Shown one piece after another: positions 47,901 to 58,500 of a DNA stretch of 64,000 nt. The stretch lies in NCBI GenBank assembly GCA_002269645.1, contig NIVC01002358.1, positions 62,001-126,000 of the forward strand, written 5' to 3'. Made by a program: the position numbers and the translations under genes. This DNA is from Macrostomum lignano (taxonomy: Eukaryota). The notes beneath the pieces are model-generated. The model was not told the origin of the DNA. It saw nothing but the letters and a program-made list of their open reading frames with translations, and made no database searches. The number at the start of each line of letters is the position of its first letter. Within the stretch, counting starts at the first letter, position 1.

Positions 47901-48825
47901 ACAACCCTGTATTTGAAATCCACAACCCTGTATTTGAAATCCACAACCCTGTATTTGAAATCCGCAACCCTGTATTTAAAATCCACAACCCTGTATTTGA
48001 AATCCACAACCCTGTATTTGAAATCGACAGCCCTGTATTTGAAATCCACAACCCTGTATTTGAAATCCACAACCCTGTATTTTAAATCGACAGCCCTGTA
48101 TTTAAAATCCACAACCCTGTATTTGAAATCCACAACCCTGTATTTGAAATCCACAACCCTGTATTTGAAATCCACAACCCTGTATTTGAAATCCACAACC
48201 CTGTATTTGAAATCGACAGCCCTGTATTTGAAATCCGCAACCCTGTATTTGAAATCCACAACCCTGTATTTAAAATCCACAACCCTGTATTTGAAATCCA
48301 CAACCCTGTATTTGAAATCCACAACCCTGTATTTGAAATCCACAACCCTGTATTTGAAATCCACAACCCTGTATTTGAAATCCACAACCCTGTATTTGAA
48401 ATCCACAACCCTGTATTTGAAATCCACAACCCTGTATTTGAAATCGACAGCCCTGTATTTGAAATCCGCAACCCTGTATTTGAAATCCACAACCCTGTAT
48501 TTGAAATCCACAACCCTGTATTTGAAATCCACAACCCTGTATTTGAAATCCACAACCCTGTATTTGAAATCGACAGCCCTGTATTTGAAATCCGCAACCC
48601 TGTATTTGAAATCCACAACCCTGTATTTAAAATCCACAACCCTGTATTTGAAATCCACAACCCTGTATTTGAAATCCACAACCCTGTATTTGAAATCCAC
48701 AACCCTGTATTTGAAATCCACAACCCTGTATTTGAAATCCACAACCCTGTATTTGAAATCCACAACCCTGTATTTGAAATCCACAACCCTGTATTTGAAA
48801 TCGCCAACCCTGTATTTGAAATCCA
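44955..48825. repeat. 3.9-kb 21-bp satellite (ccctgtatttgaaatccacaa) with higher-order structure
   Basis: About 185 copies with a constant frame and a variable ~6-nt core (ccacaa, cgacaa, ccgcaa, cgccaa, cgacag); periodic 22-bp marker units. Confidence 0.97.
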
Positions 48826-49562
48826 GGAGCAGCCATTGTTCCAGACTGCGCCAGTCTCTCAGATTGTCAGTGTTTCCAGAAAAACTAATTAATTAATTTC
48901 CAGCTCCGGCCCGACACTCGAAACGTCGTGAAGTGTTGAGCGAGTGGGTGGCAGTCAAATCTTAGCTAAACGGTTCTCAGTTGCACACCTTTAGTTTATT
49001 GATTATTCAATCAGCACAACGATGCTTTGTCAACCCGCCGCCCCTCACGCATCCCCTGTTGCTAGGCAGGCGCAATGATACTATTATTATTATTATTTTC
49101 GCAGTCATCCTACTCAACAGCTTCTCAGGGGGAGAGCAGGGTTATATTTTAGCTCGGCGAGTTGGCCCGCCCTGACAGCCGAGAGAATTCACGGCCGCTG
49201 TCCCAGCCTCTCAATCTGTTCTGCTATTTTGACCAAGCCCTTGTTCATCATCTCTCCTGCTGTTTGTCTATTCACTTCTGTTCGGTGTAGCTGGCATTGA
49301 GAGCCCCGGAGACCCGCCCTTGCCAGGCCTGACCCACCCCCAAGCCCAGCTGCAGTCGCAGACAGCATAAAAAAAGAAAGAAAAGAAACTTCGCAAACAC
49401 TCATTGAATAAGGACCGCAGCAGCTCTCTTTGACGCGAAAACTTACACGGAGAGTGCCGGGCGTGTTTTGGCCTTGCTCAAGACAGCTTGAGTCCACCCC
49501 CCCCCTTGCAGTAGCTGGGCTTTGGTTCTCACGGTTTGACAACTCTTATCAGCTGAGAGACC

Positions 49563-52500
49563 ATGTCAGCCTCCGCTGTTCTACATCCTTGGCATTCTCC
49601 GATTGCCGCTCTGTTGAAGCTGCTGCCGCCGCTGCTGGCGGTGGTGCTGTTGATGATGGGTCTGCCGCGGACAGGTGAGCTGATTCTCAAAGAAGATTTC
49701 TTCTTTTGGGAAGCTTTTAGGAAAGATGGGATGTCAAAGTAGGAATTATGGACGGATTGATGTAGAAAAAATAGGAAAGATAGAGGGGAACAAGGGGGAG
49801 ATTGATGGGTGAATCCAGGAGATGAGATCCAGAGAGAGAGACGAAGGACAGAGGGAGAGATGAGAGACAGAGGGGGAGATGAGAGATTGAGAAAGAGATG
49901 AGAGATTGAGGGGAGACAATGGACAGAGGGGGGAGGAGAGGGACAGAGGGGGAGGAGAGGGACAGAGGGGGAGATGAGGGACAGAGGGGGAGATGAGGGA
50001 CAGAGGGGAGATGAGGGACAGAGGGAGAGATGAGGGACAGAGGGGGAGATGAGGGACAGAGGGGGAGATGAGAGATTGAGGGAGAGATGAGGGACAGAGG
50101 GGGAAATGAGGGACAGAGGGGGAGGAGAGGGACAGAGGGGGAGATGAGGGACAGAGGGGGAGATGAGGGACAGAGGGAGAGATGAGGGACAGAGGGGGAG
50201 ATGAGGGACAGAGGGGGAGAGATGAGGGACAGAGGGGGAGATGAGGGACAGAGGGGGAGATGAGGGACAGAGGGGGAGGAGAGGGACAGAGGGGGAGGAG
50301 AGGGACAGAGGGGGAGGAGAGGGACAGAGGGGGAGGAGAGGGACAGAGGGGGAGGAGAGGGACAGAGGGGGAGATGAGGGACAGAGGGGGAGATGAGGGA
50401 CAGAGGGGGAGATGAGAGATTGAGGGGAGACAATGGACAGAGGGGGGAGATGAGGGACAGAGGGGGAGATGAGGGACAGAGGGGGAGGAGAGGGACAGAG
50501 GGGGAGATGAGGGACAGAGGGGGAGATGAGGGACAGAGGGGAGATGAGGGACAGAGGGGAGGAGAGGGACAGAGGGGGAGATGAGGGACAGAGGGAGAGA
50601 TGAGGGACAGAGGGGGAGATGAGGGACAGAGGGGGAGATGAGGGACAGAGGGAGAGATGAGGGACAGAGGGGGAGATGAGGGACAGAGGGGGAGATGAGG
50701 GACAGAGGGGGAGATGAGGGACAGAGGGGGAGATGAGTGATTGAGGGGAGACAATGGACAGAGGGGGAGGAGAGGGACAGAGGGGGAGGAGAGGGACAGA
50801 GGGGGAGATGAGTGATTGAGGGGAGACAATGGACAGAGGGGGAGGAGAGGGACAGATGGGGAGTGATGAGGGACAGAGGGGAGTGATGAGGGACAGATGG
50901 GAGTGATGAGGGACAGAGGGGGAGTGATGAGGGACAGAGGGGAGAGCACCAGAGCTGCATCGCCTACCTTTTCCGCAACCCGACAGCTGAGGCCGCCTGC
51001 AACAGCAGTTTGAACATCTCGGAGATCAGTGAGACCACACCAGCCGGTTATGGCATCTACTCAATCGACTCAAGCTACCAGAACACCCTGCTGGGACTGC
51101 CTGAGTACATCTGCTACTTTGAGCTCAGTGGCGGCTTCCTGCGACTCGCTCGCACCTTCGATCTCGAGAATTTCACCTCGTGCAGCGACGGCTCAACCAT
51201 CTCGAAAGCGTCCGTGCCGTCCGCCATCACCGTCACCATTCAGTGCACATCATCTTCGGACACGGCCACCTTCCTCATCCGGCTGGTGGATGTGAACGAG
51301 TTCCCGCCAGCCTTCAGCCCGAACTACTTTGCGGTGAACGTGTCTGAGGTCTGCGCGCTTTGATGGATTGCTAATCTAGCCAAGATGCATGAATCACCAA
51401 GCAATACGTTGACCACCCCTCTCCACCCTCCAGTCAGCCAGTGTCAACACGCTCATCACGCAGCTCAACAGTCACGTGACCGACGCCGACAAGTCCAATC
51501 AGCTGACCTTCAACTTTCAACTGACGGTGCGCAGCTGATGCATTTTTCTACTTTTTTCTTCTCCACACACTCCCTTGTCAACCCTCTGCAGACTGTCAGC
51601 TCCCAGCCTAAGGACTCCCCTACCCAGCCTACAGACTCTCCTACCCAATCTACAGACTCCCCTACCCAATCTACAGACTCCCCTACCCAATCTACAGACT
51701 CCCCTACCCAATCTACAGACTCCCCTACCCAGCCTACAGACTCCCCTACCCAGCCTACAGACTCCCCTACTCAGCCTACAGACTCCCCTACCCAGCCTAC
51801 AGACTCCCCTACCCAGCCTACAGACTCCCCTACCCAATCTACAGACTCTCCTACCCAGCCTACAGACTCTCCTACCCAGCCTACAGACTCTCCTACCCAG
51901 CCTACAGACTCTCCTACCCAGCCTACAGACTCCCCTATCCAGCCTACAGACTCCCCTACCCAGCCTACAGACTCTCCTACCCAGCTTACAGACTCCCCTA
52001 CCCAGCCTACAGACTCCCCTACCCAGCCTACAGACTCCCCTACCCAGCCTACAGACTCCCCTACCCAATCTACAGACTCCCCTACCCAATCTACAGACTC
52101 CCCTACCCAATCTACAGACTCGCCTACCCAATCTACAGACTCCCCTACCTAGCCTACAGACTCCCCTACCCAATCTACAGACTCCCCTACCCAATCTACA
52201 GACTCACTCAAGCGTTTCCCTTCCACCCGCTCTGCCAGAACGGCACACTGGGCAGTTTCTACATCATAGACGGCATTACATCCGGGATCGTGCGGCTGCA
52301 GCGGACGCTGGACTTTGACGCCGGACCGCGCCAGTACATCATGACCGTGGCGGCCTCCGAGCTGCCGACCGAGCCGGCCAGCCAGCCGGCGGCGCTGACG
52401 GGCTTCGCCACCCTGGTGGTGAACGTCTTGGACTACGACGATCAAAATCCTGAGTTCACTCAGAACTCGTACTCGCTGTACTTTATGGAGAATGTGAGTG

Positions 52501-55500
52501 ACGTCACTAGCATGTGTTTATTAAACCGCTTCAGGGCTCCGGTTCAGGGGAACCTGTAAAACTTTAGTGGTTACCAAGCAAAGTAACTCCAGGTTTGTGG
52601 GCACCCGGGTTGCAACGCCTTTGGTGACAATGTCCCACAGCCAGCGCTCGTATCATCTTTCCTCAGGTGATTGATTGGTTAAAACCACGAGACATTTTTC
52701 GGGTCCAAAAAGGTTCACTTAGTCAAAGAATTGTTTGACCTCTCTTTTGTTCTGAGGTGAGATTCTGTATCCAAGAAATGCTCGCAAATATCAATAGACT
52801 CGTACGATTTTCGGCCAACCGAGCGGCTTGGCAGCGTTGAGACACTTTTGAAGAGCATCTACATTATCTAGAATTACGAGTACGTCACCCTGTTAGATGA
52901 GCAGACCTTTTATATCAGAGAGGCTGCTCTCCATCATGCGTTGAAGAATTCAACCGCGATGCAGACCTCTAGAAGTGTTTGCGACGAAGTGTAACTGATG
53001 TCCTTCAGAGGGTACCATAATTTCTACTTTCAACAAAGGGTCCAGCCTCTTACTGCTTAGTGATCTCTTCATCCTCCAGTTGTCATATCTAGCCGTGCAA
53101 ACTAAAGCAAAAGGCAGTGAAAGCGGCTGATTGAACCCCCCCCCCTCCCACGGCTCCATCCAGAACACCGCTTACATGAACTCACCGCTGACCCCCTCCC
53201 ACGGCTCCATCCAGAACACCGCTTACATGAACTCACCGCTGACCCCCTTCCACGGCTCCATCCAGAACACCGCTTACATGAACTCGCCGCTGACCCCCTC
53301 CCACGGCTCCATCCAGAACACTGCTTACATGAACTCGCCGCTGACCCCCTCCCACGGCTCCATCCAGAACACCGCTTGCATGAACTCGCCGCTGACCCCC
53401 TCCCACGGCTCCATCCAGAACACCGCTTACATGAACTCGCCGCTGACCCCCTCCCACGGCTCCATCCAGAACACCGCTTGCATGAACTCGCCGCTGACCC
53501 CCTCCCACGGCTCCATCCAGAACACCGCTTGCATGAACTCGCCGCTGACCCCCTCCCACGGCTCCATCCAGAACACCGCTTGCATGAACTCGCCGCTGAC
53601 CCCCTCCCACGGCTCCATCCAGAACACCGCTTACATGAACTCGCCGCTGACCCCCTCCCACGGCTCCATCCAGAACACCGCTTACATGAACTCGCCGCTG
53701 ACGGCCAGCCCACCGCTGCTGGCCCTCGACCAGGATGTGGGCATCAACGAGACCATAAATTATGCTATCGTTTCCGGTAAGCTAACAGTTGTTTGACGTG
53801 GTGATTCGTCTTAATAATAAATAAATTCTATTGAAGTGAAAAAACTGAGAAATTCTGCCCCAATTTTCCAGCTTATTGGTGGAATTCGGCAGGTAATAAT
53901 ATATATTCATTGAGAACTAATCCAAGTATTCTATTAATGAGTTATCTAATACTAAACAGGGTGTCAAACGGGCGTGCCACTTTATTGCTAGGGTCGTAGT
54001 TTTGGTTACCAGGCCACCAGTTTGGTTACCAGGGCCACTAGTTTGGTTACCAGGGCCACCAGTTTAGTTGACAGAGCCATCCGTTTAGTTGCCAGGGCCA
54101 CCAGTTTAGTTGGCAGGGCCACCAGTTTGGTTGCCAGGGCCACCATTTTGGTTGCCAGGGCCACCAGTTTGGTTGCCAGGGCCACAATTTTGGTTGCCAG
54201 GGCCCCCAGTTTGGTTGCCAGGGCCACCAGTTTGGTTGCCAGGGCCACCAGTTTGGTTGCCAGCGCCCCAGTTTAGTTGCCAGGGCCACCAGTTTGGTTA
54301 CCGGGGCCACCAGTTTGGTTTCCAGGGCCACCAGTTTGGTCACCAGGGCCACCAGTTTGGTTTCCAGGGCCACCAGTTTAGTTGACAGAGCCATCCGTTT
54401 AGTTGCCAGGGCCACCAGTTTAGTTGGCAGGGCCACCAGTTTGGTTGCCAGGGCCACCAGTTTGGTCACCAGGGCCACCAGTTTGGTTTCCAGGGCCACC
54501 AGTTTAGTTGACAGAGCCATCCGTTTAGTTGCCAGGGCCACCAGTTTAGTTGGCAGGGCCACCAGTTTGGTTACCGGGGCCACCAGTTTGGTTTCCAGGG
54601 CCACCAGTTTGGTCACCAGGGCCACCAGTTTGGTTTCCAGGGCCACCAGTTTAGTTGACAGAGCCATCCGTTTAGTTGCCAGGGCCACCAGTTTAGTTGG
54701 CAGGGCCACCAGTTTGGTTACCGGGGCCACCAGTTTGGTTTCCAGGGCCACCAGTTTGGTCACCAGGGCCACCAGTTTGGTTTCCAGGGCCACCAGTTTA
54801 GTTGACAGAGCCATCCGTTTAGTTGCCAGGGCCACCAGTTTAGTTGGCAGGGCCACCAGTTTGGTTGCCAGGGCCACCAGTTTGGTTGCCAGGGCCACCA
54901 TTTTGGTTCCCAGGGCCACCAGTTTGGTTGCCAGGGCCACCATTTTGGTTGCCAGGGCCCCTAGTTTGGTTGCCAGTTGGTTGGCAACCAGTTGGCAACC
55001 AGTTTAGTTGCCTTCCAGATAAAAAAATTAATAATTACGCTTTTGTAGGCGTCTCGTGTTCGAACATTTAGAGCTGCTAATTTTTGGCATTTTGTTTTAC
55101 TGCTTTAATTCGCTTAGTTTGGTGCGTAACAATGTGCTTTAAATATAATTGTAAATCTTTTTTACAACTCACTCAATCTCACAAAATTAAAACTTTCCTG
55201 TTTTTTTCCTTCAAACAATCTCGCCTTCTCAAATGCCATTCCGCACACTCAGGCTCGCAGATTGACAACACCAGCTTCATCGCCATCAACTCCACCACGG
55301 GCCAGTTCAGCATCGTCAGCCTCATCGACAGGGAGAGTCTGCCAGCCAGCCAGCTGTTTGTGCTGGTCAAGGTACGCGATCCCGATCCCGATCCCGAATC
55401 CCGATCCCGAATCCCGATCCCGAATCCCGATCCCGAATCCCGATCCCGAATCCCGATCCCGAATCCCGATCCCGAATCCCGATCCCGAATCCCGATCCCG

Positions 55501-58500
55501 AATCCCGATCTCGAATCCCGATCCCGAATCCCGATCCCGAATCCCGATCTCGAATCCCGATCCCGAATCCCGATCCCGAATCCCGATCCTGAATCCCGAT
55601 CCCGAATCCCGATCCCGAATCCCGATCCCGAATCCCGATCCCGAATCCCGATCCCGAATCCCGATCCCGAATCCCGATCCCGAATCCCGATCCTGAATCC
55701 CGATCCCGAATCCCGATCCCGAATCCCGATCCCGAATCCCGATCCCGAATCCCGATCCCGAATCCCGATCCCGAATCCCGATCCCGAATCCCGATCCCGA
55801 ATCCCGATCCCGAATCCCGATCCCGAATCCCGATCCCGAATCCCGATCCCGAATCCCGATCCCGAATCCCGATCCCGAATCCCGATCCCGAATCCCGATC
55901 CCGAATCCCGATCCCGAATCCCGATCCCGAATCCCGATCCCGAATCCCGATCCCGAATCCCGATCCCGAATCCCGATCCCGAATCCCGATCCCGAATCCC
56001 GATCCCGAATCCCGATCCCGAATCCCGATCCCGAATCCCGATCCCGAATCCTAATCTGGAATCTCAAATCCCAATCTGGAATCTCAATCTGGAATCTCAA
56101 ATCTCAATCTGGAATCTCAAATCTCAATTTGGAATCTCAAATCTCAATTTGGAATCTCAAATCTCAATCTGGAATCTCAAATCTCAATCTGGAATCTCAA
56201 ATCTCAATCTGGAATCTCAAATCTCAATTTGCAATCTCAAATCCCAATCTGGAATCCCGAATCCCGAATCAGAATGAAGTTGGGCAAATGTCCCTAAAAT
56301 ATCCCGCAGGGCTATCAAACCGACAAGCCCGCCACCCGGGTGGCGCTGGCCCTGGTGCTGGTGACGGTCGGAGACAGAAACGACAACGCTCCGGTCATGT
56401 CTGCAACAGACTACTCAGCCACCATAGTAGAGAATTCGCCCGCTGGAACTTTTGTCATTGGCGTGTCCGCCACTGACAGAGACCTGGTGAGCTCAACTCT
56501 CGGCTCGTTGTTGCATCATGTACTTCGAATCCTGGAAATACCGCTAGCCTTACGAGATTTCCAGTCACGGGAATTTCACAGGGATTTCCATTCTTATGGG
56601 ATTTCCAGTCTTGCAGGGTTTTCAATTTTGTGGGATTTCCTGTCTCGAGGGATTTCCTGTTTCGAGGGATTTCCAGTATTGTGGGATTTCCAGTTTTGTG
56701 GGACTTCCAGTTTTGTGGGATTTCCTGTCTCGAGGGATTTCCTGTCTTTGTGGGATTTCCAGTATTGTTGGATTTCCAGTTTTGTGGGATTTCCAGTTTT
56801 GTAGGACTTCAAGTTTTGTAGGACTTCCAGTTTTGTGGGATTTTCAGTTTTGTGGGATTTCCAGTTTTGTGGGATTTCCAGTTTTGTGGGATTTCCAGTT
56901 TTGTGGGATTTCTAGTTTTGTGGGATTTCCTGTCTCGAGGGATTTCCTGTCTTTGTGGGATTTCCAGTATTGTGGGATTTCCAGTTTTGTGGGATTTCCA
57001 GTTTTGTGGGATTTCCAGTATTGTGGGATTTCCAGTTTTGTGGGATTTCCAGTTTTGTGGGATTTCCAGTATTGTGGGATTTCCAGTTTTGTGGGATTTC
57101 CAGTTTTGTGGGATTTCCAGTTTTGTGGGATTTCCAGTCTTTGTGGAATTTTCAGTCTTGTGGGATTTCCAGCTTCGCGCTTCTGAGACTCTCAAGCATC
57201 CCTACAACCGTTGCAGGGCGAGAATTCCACAGTCAGCTATCTGCTGGCCGATCCCAGTGGCGCCTTTCAAATCGATCCCAACAGCGGTCACGTGACTGTG
57301 GCCAACGCCAGCCTGCTGGACCGGGAGGCAACGCCAGAGTTCAATGTTACAGTGAGTTCAGTTTTTCCCACTGACCTACTGAAAGTACCAAGACTGGATG
57401 CGGGGTCGCCTGGTATCTGACTTGGGATCAGGAAGGGATGAATCGTGTAGCTGTAAGGTCCCGGATTCGATTCCGCCCACCGCAACATAATCACTTAGTG
57501 TCTGTCGGGATAATTCGGGATTCGGGATGGATAATTCGGGATTCGGGATGGATAAGCCGGGATTCGGGATGGATAAGCCGGGATTCGGGATGGATAAGTC
57601 GGGATTCGGGATGGATAAGTCGGGATTCGGGATCGATAAGCCGGGATTCAGGATGGATAATTCGGGATTTGGGATGGATAAGTCGGGATTCGGGATGGAT
57701 AAGTCGGGATTCGGGATGGATAAGTCGGGATTCAGGATGGATAATTCGGGATTCGGGATGGATAATTCGGGATTCAGGATGGATAATTCGGGATTCAGGA
57801 TGGATAATTCGGGATTCGGGATGGATAATTCGGGATTCAGGATGGATAATTCGGGATTCAGGATGGATAATTCGGGATTCAGGATGGATAAGTCGGGATT
57901 CGGGATGGATAAGCCGGGATTCAGGATGGATAATTCGGGATTCAGGATGGATAATTCGGGATTCGGGATGGATAATTCGGGATTCGGAGTGGATAAGTTG
58001 CCCCTTCGACTAGTTAATTAACCGAACAGGTCAGTAGCTATACGCAGCAACCAATGGCCTTTCGAAGGTCTGGTCGGAGGAGACGGCCACGCCCGAGCGT
58101 TTTGCCTCGACGCCGTCCCGCCTGACCATCCGCCTGACCGACGTCAACGACAACTCGCCGGTCTTCGCCAACGCCTCGGGCATCAGCATCAGCCTGGACC
58201 GCTCGGTCGCTACGCCTGGAGCCGCCCTGCACACGCTGGTTGCTACGGACGCGGATTCTGGAATTAACGGTCAGCTGACATTCAGTATAGTCTTTGTCAG
58301 CGTGCCCGGGGCTGAGTCTTTGTTCAACTTGGACTCGGGCAGCGGACTGCTGACGGCTGCGGCTGGACTGTCGTCTGCGCCCGGGGATCTGTGAGCCAAC
58401 AGGAGGATGCATTTTGATGGAGCTGGTGCCATTTTTGTCTGTGTTTGACCTGTGCCAGTTTGAGAAGAGTGCCAGTTTGAGAAGAGTGCCAGTTTGAGAA

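Noticed and set aside
44955-48825. CRISPR-like constant/variable pattern
   Set aside because: The variable part is only ~6 nt drawn from a few recurring variants; there are no unique spacers and no cas genes, and the context is eukaryotic.
44853-48896. Many long ORFs (LKSTTLY, FEIHNPV, DFKYRVV, ISNTGLW repeats)
   Set aside because: By-products of a 21-bp stop-poor satellite; overlapping frames on both strands are open and there is no splice or codon support.
49189-49542. 117-aa minus-strand ORF next to the cadherin start
   Set aside because: No recognisable domain; overlaps probable promoter/5' UTR sequence; a possible splice pattern could not be extended into a gene.
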